From: Nitrososphaerota archaeon
GTDB taxonomy: Archaea; Thermoproteota; EX4484-205; JAAOZP01
Length of the DNA: 64,000 bases
Reading direction: 5' to 3'
NCBI GenBank assembly: GCA_011605725.1
Contig: JAAOZP010000011.1
Span: 32,001 to 96,000 of the forward strand
The notes below the pieces were generated by a model. It had not been told where the DNA came from, ran no database searches, and saw nothing but the letters and a program-made list of their open reading frames with translations. Position numbers and translations under genes: made by a program. Positions 45,915 through 54,811 of the stretch are shown here, piece after piece; position 1 is the first letter of the stretch, and every line of letters begins with the position of its first letter.

Positions 45915-46982
45915 TCATTTTAATGCAACCCTATAATTGTTTGCTGCCTCGTATAGGGTTAAAATGTTTTCAATCGGCGTGTTTCTGAGAATCGTGTGGC
46001 TCGGCCTTAGTGTATACCCTGTTGGCCCAAGAATTCTTATGGCTTCCTTAACTTCCTGCTCTATTTCCGTCCTGTTTTTAAAAGGGAGTGTTTGAACACC
46101 TATTCCACCTTCGAAACTTAGTTTCTCGCCGTACTTCTCCTTTATTTTCGCGATACTCATGCTCTCCGGTTGGAGTGGTTCTAAGACATCTACTCCTATT
46201 TCAACGAGATCCTGAATAATGGGTTCGATCCAACCGTCGCTGTGAAAATGAAAGAAAGCTCCCCCTTTATGTATTACTTCGGCAAGCCTCTTATATCTTG
46301 GTTTCAGAAACCTTCTCCACTGAGCGGGGGAAATCAGCATGGTTGTCTGCGCGCCAACATCATCACCATTATAAACCTGGTCTACACCTGCTTCAACGAG
46401 AAGACTAGCCTGCTTACAGGATAGTTCGAAAAGCCTATCTAGGACGTACTCCACTTTACTGGGCTCACTAACCATTAGTTTAAAAATCTCGTTGTATCCA
46501 AATAGTGCACAAGCAGTTTCAAAAGCTTGCAGAGTAAAACCTACAACACAGTAATCCTCGTATCCTCTTCTAAATTTTTCAACCTTTTCGAAATCTTCTT
46601 CCCTTATTTCTGGGAAAGGATAGTCCTTCACCTCCATATGTTTTAAAGGATGGTCAACGTAAAAACTGGTCAACTCGTTTCCTGAAACCATTGAAAGAAT
46701 GCCCCACTGGTTTCTCCGAAGAACCCTGCCTCGAGAGTCTTTAAAACTCTCCTCTTTAAAACCTCCTTTCAAACCAATCCCTATTGCATCGATCCCGACA
46801 TTCCCGCGGTAATCTATTTTTAGAAACTCGTACAGCTTCTCCGTATCCTCTAAACCAAGATGATTCATCAGGCTTCTTAAGGGTTCTGGAGAATCTATCC
46901 AAATATTGATGGGAATATAGTCTACTTCCTCTCTTTTAACCGTTCTCCAGCATCTTTCCCTTGAACTGTACTTCGCCCGCAT
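45915..46982 (-). CDS. Uroporphyrinogen decarboxylase-like / MtaA-CmuA family protein
   Basis: SSRER, WG, HPL, GDD.G.Q, HSDG, PLQPE, PSH and TP.EN motifs. Start at ATG 46982. Confidence 0.85.
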   Translation of the reverse strand: MRAKYSSRERCWRTVKREEVDYIPINIWIDSPEPLRSLMNHLGLEDTEKLYEFLKIDYRGNVGIDAIGIGLKGGFKEESFKDSRGRVLRRNQWGILSMVSGNELTSFYVDHPLKHMEVKDYPFPEIREEDFEKVEKFRRGYEDYCVVGFTLQAFETACALFGYNEIFKLMVSEPSKVEYVLDRLFELSCKQASLLVEAGVDQVYNGDDVGAQTTMLISPAQWRRFLKPRYKRLAEVIHKGGAFFHFHSDGWIEPIIQDLVEIGVDVLEPLQPESMSIAKIKEKYGEKLSFEGGIGVQTLPFKNRTEIEQEVKEAIRILGPTGYTLRPSHTILRNTPIENILTLYEAANNYRVALK

Positions 46983-47076
46983 CTCCGTCTGGGAAAATAC
47001 GCTTCGTTTTAAGTTTTTACTGCTTGAAAAGATTCGAACATTTGTTTTCAATTGTCATGCTAGCCCATCTGCAGCT

Positions 47077-48120
47077 TTACCGGATTAATGGGACCTGAAA
47101 CCCGCATTTAGTACACCTGCCTTCAGAAGACACGTTGATGCGTGAAACAGTGAAGCCTAGACGTTGAATCAGCAGTTCGCCACACATGGGGCACCAGGTG
47201 TTCTCGAATTTATGGCCCGGGACATTTCCAACATATGGGAACAGCACGCCTAATGATCGAGCTAGCTCCCTGGCTTTTTCCAGGGTTTTAACCGGAGTTG
47301 ATGGTGCTTTGAACATATACTCCGGATGATAGCGGGTAAAGTGGAGCGGCGTATCTGACCCAAGCATCTTGAGATGAGTCTCCACCAGTTGTCTTATGCA
47401 ATATTCATCATCATTAACCCCAGGGATCACTAGGTTAACTATCTCCACGTGGAGTCCAAGCTCTTTGGCTCTATGCGCATTCCTCCATACAATGCTTGCC
47501 TTAACTCCGCCGCAATACTTCTCGTAAACCTCCTCATCCCCTTTAACGTCGAACTTTATCGCATCCAGTCCTGCTTCAGCAAGGGCCTGGAGTGTTTTCA
47601 GCGTCATGTACCCGTTTGAAACAAAAGTGTTGTAAAGTCCTTTATTCCTGGCTAACGGGAAGAGGTCAAGACTGTATTCCAGTAGGAGAGTGGGCTCGTT
47701 AAAAGATATGGATGTTCCGTCGCACCCGCTTTTCAAAGCCACGTCTATAAGTTGCTCAGGACTTACATACTGTGCCCTCCTAGGATCCGGCCGGTTCTTA
47801 GATATGTCGAAATTCTGGCACCAAGGGCAGGAAAAATTGCAGCTCCATGTTCCAACAGTAAGCGCGTAGCTTCCAGGGTGGAAATGGAAAAAAGGTTTTT
47901 TCTCAATAGGGTTTGCTGAAATGGAGGATATGTCTCCATAGACAATCGTGTATAGTTTTCCCTCAACATTCACCCTAGTGCCGCAGAATCCTTGAGAACC
48001 CTCTTTAATTTTACACTGCCGCTCGCAAGCTAGACATACTGTCTCATCAATCCCTGTCTTCTCGTAAAACCTCGCCTCCCTAACTGTTGGGAACCGTGTG
48101 AGTTCAACCCCCTGCTTCAC
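47077..48120 (-). CDS. amrS: AmmeMemoRadiSam-system radical SAM enzyme
   Basis: N-terminal C..C...C...G.C..R, PIEKKP.FHF.PG, CNFSCPWCQN, NEP and YVGNVPG...T.CP.CG. Confidence 0.9.
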   Translation of the reverse strand: MKQGVELTRFPTVREARFYEKTGIDETVCLACERQCKIKEGSQGFCGTRVNVEGKLYTIVYGDISSISANPIEKKPFFHFHPGSYALTVGTWSCNFSCPWCQNFDISKNRPDPRRAQYVSPEQLIDVALKSGCDGTSISFNEPTLLLEYSLDLFPLARNKGLYNTFVSNGYMTLKTLQALAEAGLDAIKFDVKGDEEVYEKYCGGVKASIVWRNAHRAKELGLHVEIVNLVIPGVNDDEYCIRQLVETHLKMLGSDTPLHFTRYHPEYMFKAPSTPVKTLEKARELARSLGVLFPYVGNVPGHKFENTWCPMCGELLIQRLGFTVSRINVSSEGRCTKCGFQVPLIR

Positions 48121-48510
48121 AGGTTTCTAAACGGCCTTCAGCGTAAAAGTCTTTCCATATCGATTTTTAGCCTAGAGTCTTTTATGGCTTGGAGAAAAAG
48201 GGGCGTAAGAAGAGGATAGTTAAGGTTTTTATGAAATCTGCTCAGGCATTCGGTGGATGGAAAGGAGGCGAGATCGTTGAGAAATGAGTGATGAGAGCAT
48301 AGTGGGCAGATGGTGGAATGAATACTCTCTTCCGAATCATGGAAGAAATACGGGCTTAACAAGACTAGTGTGCAACAAAGCAAACCATGAGCCTTCTGAA
48401 CAGTTTTTCAACACACCATGACAAGAATAGGCTTCACGAGGCTTATTGCAGGAAAAAGTTGGGGTTGAAAGCAGGCCCGCTGGCTTTAATGCATGACTTT
48501 AAAAAGGGAA

Positions 48511-50160
48511 CTACCTTAGCTTTGAGTCTATTCTCCCCGCAGCTCCCCAGAATCTTTCAACAACTTTCTCTAGCCCGTGTGGCTTCCGCTCAGAGAGCCA
48601 GAGCTTGCAATATTTGTTCGCAAGATAAATGAAGTCTGACGGTTTCACCTCGTTCTTTAGCCTTTTTAAACCCACTTCGATGCAACTCCTTATGAACTCC
48701 AGATCCTCTGGAAGGTTCACCATATGTTTCTCTTTCAAAAGTTTTTCCCAAGAGGTTTTCAAGGACTCTCCATTCGCTTCAGACATCCTGTAGTACCAGA
48801 AGTCCGCGAACAACACGTGTTTCAAGTTTTCTGAAACATCGGGCTGTCCAAAAGCTTTCCTCACTTCAACAATCTCCATGGGTTCTCCTGTTAAAGCACT
48901 CCACTTCTCCTCCCACCTGCCGTCTCCTTCAGCGTACTCGATACACGCTAAAATAAGCGGCTCAAGGAATGAGAAGAGGCATTCCTCACCATCGTCACCC
49001 CAGGCTGTTAAGAGGAATCCTGAAAGGCCCTCTGCCTTGGCTGCCAACAGAAAGCCCTTCATGTTTTCCAAGGCTGTTTTAAAATTCGGATAATACCTGT
49101 TCCAATTAGAGAGGCCTGGGCACACTATCTGCTTCATCTTTTTTTCACCAAACATGTTTATCTTGTTCCTGAAATACTTCTCATCACCAGGACTGTAATC
49201 CCAGTTTGCAATCACAACATCCTGCCAGATGGGGCTTTTTACAACCTCTGACCATTTAGCCTTCTCCTCCTCTCTCAAGTACATTCCAGTAAGCATGTCT
49301 CCCCATAGTATCGGGATCTTACCCTTTTCTTTAACAATGTTAACCATGTTTCTATGATGAGTCTCGTAGAGCTTTGGTCCTTCGAAAACTCCTGTTTTAT
49401 CAAGGCTTCTTCCTCTTCCCATGGCCCAAGTCTCGTCTCCACCTATGTGAATGTGTTTGGAAGGTGAGGCTTCAATCGCTTCCCTAAGAAGATCATACGC
49501 GAACTCCCTGGCCTTCTCGTTGCTAACATCCAAGCATCCTTCCCCTGGCCTATGCCACTCGCTGAACCCCCAGTATTCCGGAAGCGAAAGAATATGCTCC
49601 ATGTGGCCAGCTAGCTCCAGCGACGGGAAAACCTCTATTCCAAGCTCCCTCCCATAGTTCACTACTTCTGAATACTCTTCCCTGGAGAGCCTACCCCTAT
49701 GTATTCCTATGCTGGGATGTCTCTCCCAAGGGAAAAGGTCTTCAAAATAAATAGCGAAATAGTTGTATTTCAGGAGGAACAACCATCGCAAAATCTTTTT
49801 AAAAGTTTCAACAGTAGGGACTCCTCCACGCGCGATATCCAAGTGGTAACCTCGGAAAGAGAATTTAAGCTCCTCCTCAATACTCACTTCCGGAATATAT
49901 CCCGGGTTCTGCTTTAGAAGCTGGATTATCGTCGCATAACATATTTTCTCATCCCCCCAGATGATGATCTCTCTACTTTCCCCTTTCACCTCTAAACCGT
50001 TCCCGCTTCTCCAAGTCTTAACTATTCTCCAAGAACCTCTAGGAATGTTAAACTCCCTGCCTAGGAACTCTGGAAGGTTTAAACCGTCAAACTGGAACCA
50101 TTTTCCCGAGAAAACAAGTTTCCTCGGCTCTGGAACTATTTCAACAGCCTTCTTAACCAT
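48511..50160 (-). CDS. GH20 beta-N-acetylhexosaminidase (cytoplasmic)
   Basis: RG.HLD..R, Y.ED, GHME, catalytic HIGGDE, WGDM, W.Y and TAWGD motifs. No signal peptide. Confidence 0.88.
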   Translation of the reverse strand: MVKKAVEIVPEPRKLVFSGKWFQFDGLNLPEFLGREFNIPRGSWRIVKTWRSGNGLEVKGESREIIIWGDEKICYATIIQLLKQNPGYIPEVSIEEELKFSFRGYHLDIARGGVPTVETFKKILRWLFLLKYNYFAIYFEDLFPWERHPSIGIHRGRLSREEYSEVVNYGRELGIEVFPSLELAGHMEHILSLPEYWGFSEWHRPGEGCLDVSNEKAREFAYDLLREAIEASPSKHIHIGGDETWAMGRGRSLDKTGVFEGPKLYETHHRNMVNIVKEKGKIPILWGDMLTGMYLREEEKAKWSEVVKSPIWQDVVIANWDYSPGDEKYFRNKINMFGEKKMKQIVCPGLSNWNRYYPNFKTALENMKGFLLAAKAEGLSGFLLTAWGDDGEECLFSFLEPLILACIEYAEGDGRWEEKWSALTGEPMEIVEVRKAFGQPDVSENLKHVLFADFWYYRMSEANGESLKTSWEKLLKEKHMVNLPEDLEFIRSCIEVGLKRLKNEVKPSDFIYLANKYCKLWLSERKPHGLEKVVERFWGAAGRIDSKLR

Positions 50161-50249
50161 TTTTTCCCCGGTTCTCCACGATGCGGAGACATATAAAGTT
50201 TAATATTTTTACGGAAAAATTTAATTCCCCAGTTAGAGTATGTTTATCG

Positions 50250-50630
50250 ATGAAGCAGGAGGTTTCGACAGACGATTCTCCCAAGCCGATAGGACCGTAT
50301 TCTCAAGCCGTGCGTTCCGGAAACCTCGTGTTTCTCTCTGGAATAATACCAGTAGACCCTGCTACAGGGGAAATAATAAGGGGGGACGTGAAAAAAGCAA
50401 CTGAACAAGTGTTTAAAAACGCTTCTTCAATACTTAAAGCTGCGGGCGCTTCCCTGGATGATGTGGTTAAGGTTACAGTGTTCATGAAAGATTTAGCATT
50501 TTTCAACGAGATGAACGAAGTCTATTCTAAATGGTTTAAAAAGCCATATCCTGCGAGAACAACAGTTCAGGTGGCAGCGTTACCCAGGGGTGCCGACTTG
50601 GAAATGGATTTTATCGCGGAAACCAGATGA
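50250..50630 (+). CDS. ridA: RidA enamine/imine deaminase (YjgF/UK114)
   Basis: P.PIGPYSQA, SG.I, VVKVTVF, MN.VY and PART...LP motifs. Confidence 0.92.
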   Translation: MKQEVSTDDSPKPIGPYSQAVRSGNLVFLSGIIPVDPATGEIIRGDVKKATEQVFKNASSILKAAGASLDDVVKVTVFMKDLAFFNEMNEVYSKWFKKPYPARTTVQVAALPRGADLEMDFIAETR

Positions 50631-50637
50631 TTCAGGG

Positions 50638-51855
50638 CTAAAATATCCTATAACTGAAGCCTTTTTGTTTCATGCATTTCCCCAATTCCTCCAGAGTCTC
50701 CCCTCTCGCGACCTCGACAACTATCTCCACGGTAGCCATCGCCGGAGGAATCCAAGGCTCGTTTCTTAAATGTATTAGGTCAACTATGTTCGCCTTAACA
50801 CTGGAAATGCATTCAAGCACCGTTCTCAGGCTTCCAGACCTGTCGGGGATTGTTACTATAAGCCTCACCATCCTGCCTTCCTGCCTGAGGCTTTGAGTAA
50901 TAATTCTGGCGAGCAGAAGCGGGTTAATGTTTCCACCGCTAATCACCACGCCAACTTTTCCTTGCTTCACATCCACCTTGTTGCACAGGACTGCAGCTAG
51001 GCTCGCAGCCCCAGCGGGCTCTGTAACCATCTTGGTCCTCTCAAGCAGGAGGAACATTGCGCGCATTATCTCCTCGTCGCTTACTGTCACGAAGTCGTCT
51101 ACGACTTCACAGGCTATTTTAAACGTCAGGTCGCCTGGCTTTTTCACCGATATGCCGTCGGCAATCGAGTAGCTCTTTGCAACGTCTACTATTCTCCCCT
51201 GCTTGAACGATTCGACGAAAGCAGGATAACTGTTAGTCTGAACGCCAATTATCTTTGTTTCCGGAGACAGTTTTTTAACAACCGTTCCGACTCCAGATAT
51301 CAAGCCTCCTCCTCCCACTGGAACGAAAAGGTAGTTCAATCCTTTGGTTTCACTGAGTATTTCGAAACCTATCGTCCCCTGTCCGCTCACAACATGCTTA
51401 TCATCGAAAGCATGAATCATCTTTACCTCTCTGGTTTTAGCGTACTCGAGCGCGTAGGCATAAGCATCGTCATAAGTCTCGCCGGCTAGAATCACGTTTG
51501 CACCATAGTTTCTTGTCGCCTCAATCTTATTCGGGTATGAAAACTCGGGCATGAATATCGTGCATTTCATCCCAAGCATTCTAGCGGCGAAAGCAACTCC
51601 TTGAGCATGGTTACCCGCGGAAGCAGCAACAACCTCTTTCACCCCCTCTTTCTTCGCAGCGATGCAAGCGTTAAGCGCCCCCCTAGCCTTGAAGGAACCT
51701 GTTTTCTGAAGGTTTTCAAGCTTAAGTAGAACCTCTGTCCCCACAATGTTGCTTATGGACTCGCTTCTCATGAAGGGCGTTTTATGAAGAAAGGAAGCTG
51801 TTGTTTCTAAAGCGTTTTTAGAAAGGTCGAAAATCTCATTTAAAAGCGAGCTCAT
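50638..51855 (-). CDS. ilvA: Threonine/serine ammonia-lyase with C-terminal ACT domain
   Basis: KLENLQKTGSFK.RG, SAGNHAQG, GGGGL, SGGN and ACT D..G.L motifs. Confidence 0.93.
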   Translation of the reverse strand: MSSLLNEIFDLSKNALETTASFLHKTPFMRSESISNIVGTEVLLKLENLQKTGSFKARGALNACIAAKKEGVKEVVAASAGNHAQGVAFAARMLGMKCTIFMPEFSYPNKIEATRNYGANVILAGETYDDAYAYALEYAKTREVKMIHAFDDKHVVSGQGTIGFEILSETKGLNYLFVPVGGGGLISGVGTVVKKLSPETKIIGVQTNSYPAFVESFKQGRIVDVAKSYSIADGISVKKPGDLTFKIACEVVDDFVTVSDEEIMRAMFLLLERTKMVTEPAGAASLAAVLCNKVDVKQGKVGVVISGGNINPLLLARIITQSLRQEGRMVRLIVTIPDRSGSLRTVLECISSVKANIVDLIHLRNEPWIPPAMATVEIVVEVARGETLEELGKCMKQKGFSYRIF

Positions 51856-52091
51856 GGTTTTTCCCACCAGGCTGTCCTGCTGAGCAGTCGTTTTCCAGCC
51901 ACGCGTAAAGCAGGAGTGTTTCCCCCCATGGTTCACATAGTTTCAGCATCCAGTGTTCCCATTAAGCTTTAAACATGCGTCTGTTTAAAAACTTTCATGG
52001 ATACTTGAAAACAGGCTTTCTGGAAGATTCTGACTACTGTTTTCCTGGAAAACTTTTTAACAGTATTGAAACACTCAAGATTTGAGAAGAA

Positions 52092-53006
52092 ATGAGGATG
52101 GTTGAGTTTGCCGAGGAGCTTTTTAACCAAGTGAGGCGTGTCGCAAACCTGAGCCTTTGTGAAGACACTATTACTGATTGGAGTTTAAGGAGAATAACCT
52201 TTGAAGACCCGAATTACAGTAGCAAGTATAACCTTGTTGCTTTAAAGAATGGTGATGTAGTAGGGTTCGTCCTCGCAGTTAGAAGGCTGAAGGAGCCTCC
52301 GGAAGTGGTTGAAGCCCAAAGAGATCTTGCATGGATAAAGCTTTTTGCTGTCAGGGAGGATTGTAGGAAAATGGGTGTTGCCACCGCGCTTTTTGACGAG
52401 CTTGAAAACAGGTTAAAGGAGGATGGTGTTAAAAGGATCCGCATCTCCGACTATCCGTTCTGGTATCTGTTCAGTGGCGTAGACCTGAAATACGAGGATG
52501 CGATAGACTTTCTGTCTCTAAGAGGATTCAGGAAGGCTGGTGAAACAGTGGATTACGAGATTGACCTTCTTAGGTTTCACATTCCTAAGAGGCTTGCAAG
52601 CATAAGCATTAGCCCGTTCACAATAAGGAGAGCCAAGCATGAGGATAGAGAGACAGTTTTCAAATGGATTAAGACGGAGTTCTCTGTTTTCTGGGCTTAT
52701 GAGGCTGATGCAAGCTTTAAGCATACTGATCCAAAGCTTTGGATAGCTGAGGAAAACGGTAAAATAATCGGCTTCGCAGTCTACGGTGCGCTTGAACCCC
52801 ACTGGTTCGGCCCAATCGGGGTTTCAACGGAAGCGAGGTCCAAAGGGATTGGCTCCATCCTACTGTTTAACTGTTTGAAAAGCATGAGGGAGGAGGGTCA
52901 AAGACACGCAGTAATACCTTGGACCAGCCACCTGTTCTTCTACACGCAGGTTCCTGGGATAACGAGAATCAGGCACTACTGGATTATGGAGAAGAAACTT
53001 TCATAA
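52092..53006 (+). CDS. Tandem-GNAT acetyltransferase, paralog of the GlmA-like gene at 30109-31029
   Basis: Two GNAT repeats; YLFSGVD and FGPIGV...RSKGIG match the paralog's YLVPGVD and FGPFGV...RNKGVG. Confidence 0.8.
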   Translation: MRMVEFAEELFNQVRRVANLSLCEDTITDWSLRRITFEDPNYSSKYNLVALKNGDVVGFVLAVRRLKEPPEVVEAQRDLAWIKLFAVREDCRKMGVATALFDELENRLKEDGVKRIRISDYPFWYLFSGVDLKYEDAIDFLSLRGFRKAGETVDYEIDLLRFHIPKRLASISISPFTIRRAKHEDRETVFKWIKTEFSVFWAYEADASFKHTDPKLWIAEENGKIIGFAVYGALEPHWFGPIGVSTEARSKGIGSILLFNCLKSMREEGQRHAVIPWTSHLFFYTQVPGITRIRHYWIMEKKLS

Positions 53007-53022
53007 ACGATTCGATGTTCGC

Positions 53023-53041
53023 GCGCACCGAGGAGGTGCGC
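53023..53041 (+). terminator. GC-rich hairpin after the GNAT gene
   Basis: GCGCACC-gagga-GGTGCGC is a perfect 7-bp stem 17 nt after the stop codon. Confidence 0.4.
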
Positions 53042-53107
53042 TGTAGAAGTATTGTTTAAAAGTTTTCAGGAAGATTTATAAATGTGTTTAACCAATGCAT
53101 AGCCACA

Positions 53108-53521
53108 ATGGCTGAGAAACCCACGGCAGCATTCATCCTGTCACTGATAGGGGCAATTCTAATAATTCTGAATGCTTTAACCGTTTTCTTTCTAACCGCC
53201 ATAGTGACACGCATGCTGAAGACGATGGACACGTTTATCCCTATTCTCGCACGTGCGCTCGGCGGTATGGTTTTCCTCATGGGCATTGCAGGACTGGCTA
53301 TTGGAGCAATCATCCTGGTCGGAGCCTTTATGATTAATTCGGAGAGTAAGAATAGAGTTTCTACAGGCTCGATAATAGTTTTAGTTTTCTCCATAATCAG
53401 CTTCCCCATTGGAGGAGGGTTTATAATCGGCTTAATACTATGCTTAGTCGGAAGCATTCTTGGATTAACATGGAGCCCGTCCCCAGCTCCACCACCTCCA
53501 CCCCATCCTACTAGCTCCTGA
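53108..53521 (+). CDS. 4-TM membrane protein with C-terminal Pro-rich tail
   Basis: KPTAAFILSLIG...GGGFIIG...G..L pattern; ends SPSPAPPPPPHPTSS. Start at ATG 53108 after a TATA. Confidence 0.75.
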   Translation: MAEKPTAAFILSLIGAILIILNALTVFFLTAIVTRMLKTMDTFIPILARALGGMVFLMGIAGLAIGAIILVGAFMINSESKNRVSTGSIIVLVFSIISFPIGGGFIIGLILCLVGSILGLTWSPSPAPPPPPHPTSS

Positions 53522-53594
53522 GCGATTTTAAGAATAGTGGTGCGACTTAATTTCGGAAGACGTTTATATAACCCGTCTATAAGGTTATTCAGGA

Positions 53595-54809
53595 TTGGAG
53601 CATCTTAACGACGTGAGGAGCCTTATAAAGTATCACGGACAGGTGGAGAAAGAAGTTTATCTGGATTTAGAGAACTCGACACCTCTTCCCGACGAGGTTC
53701 TTCAAGAGATGCTGCCATACTTCACGAGTAAAGCGTACGGTAACCCTACTGTAACGCATAAGCAGGGCTGGGAAGCTTACGAGACAATCATGGACGCAGC
53801 TAGTTTCATCAGCAGGCTAATAGGAGGGTCTTCAGGCGAGGAGCTGTGCTTCACAAGCGGCGAGGCAGAGGCGAATAGTCTAGCTATCTTCGGAACAGTG
53901 GGGAAGAAAAACGGTAGAATAGTAGTCTCAGCCATAGACCCTTTGAACATCCTGCTGCCCGTTGAAAAGCTTGAGAAAAAAGGTTTCGAAGTGGTTAGGG
54001 TTCCAGTCGATTCCGAGGGCTTCATAAACCTTGAAGCTTTAGCTGAGGCTGTCAACAGGGATACCGTACTTGTCAGTACAAGCATTGTTAACAACGAGAT
54101 TGGTACGATTCAACCCTTCAGAGAAATTGTGAAGACTGTTAAAGAGGTGAATCCGGATGTAACTGTTCACATGGATGCTTCAGACGCCTACGGAAGAATC
54201 AGTTTCAACGTAAAGGATATGAATGTGGATCTGCTGAGCCTCAGCAGCTACAAGGTGATGGGCCCAAGGGGCGTGGCTGCGCTCTACGTGAAAAGCGGGG
54301 TTGAGGTTGAAAGAATAATCGAGGGCCCGATAGGGACCCAACCTCTCTGGCCAGGTGTTGAAAACACGCCGCTTATAGTTGGTTTTAAAAAGGCCTCTGA
54401 GCTAGCTTTTAAAGACTTTGAGGCGAACGTCAGCAGGATGAGAAGGCTTAGAGACATGTTGATGAACGGCCTCCTCAACATTGAGGATACTCTTCTAAAC
54501 GGTCCAGTCGGGGAGAAGAGGGCTCCGGACAACGTTAACATAAGTTTCCTGCACTGCGAGGGCGAGGCCCTCACCATAGAGCTAAGCTTTAAAGGAGTCT
54601 ATGTTTCAAGCGGAAGCGCTTGCACGAGGAGAATGCTCCAGCCGAGCCATGTTTTAACCGCGATCGGAAGGAAGTATGAGGCTGCTCACGGAAGCATCCT
54701 TATGAAGGTTTCCAGGTACCATAGTTTTGAAGACATAGAGTATGTTTTAAAATCTTTCAGGCCGTCGGTTGAAAGAATAAGGGCAATGAGCCCGACGAGG
54801 AGGATTTAG
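53595..54809 (+). CDS. iscS: IscS/NifS-like cysteine desulfurase homolog with degenerate active-site residues
   Basis: YLD, GNP, FTSG, NNEIG, H.DA, K..GP.G and SSGSAC motifs; adjacent to iscU. Confidence 0.85.
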   Translation: MEHLNDVRSLIKYHGQVEKEVYLDLENSTPLPDEVLQEMLPYFTSKAYGNPTVTHKQGWEAYETIMDAASFISRLIGGSSGEELCFTSGEAEANSLAIFGTVGKKNGRIVVSAIDPLNILLPVEKLEKKGFEVVRVPVDSEGFINLEALAEAVNRDTVLVSTSIVNNEIGTIQPFREIVKTVKEVNPDVTVHMDASDAYGRISFNVKDMNVDLLSLSSYKVMGPRGVAALYVKSGVEVERIIEGPIGTQPLWPGVENTPLIVGFKKASELAFKDFEANVSRMRRLRDMLMNGLLNIEDTLLNGPVGEKRAPDNVNISFLHCEGEALTIELSFKGVYVSSGSACTRRMLQPSHVLTAIGRKYEAAHGSILMKVSRYHSFEDIEYVLKSFRPSVERIRAMSPTRRI

Positions 54810-54811
54810 GG

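Noticed and set aside
50213-50228. GGAA-N8-TTCC as a possible NrpR operator upstream of ridA/GH20
   Set aside because: The known NrpR operator spacing is GGAA-N6-TTCC, and this sequence coincides with an ordinary BRE/TATA.
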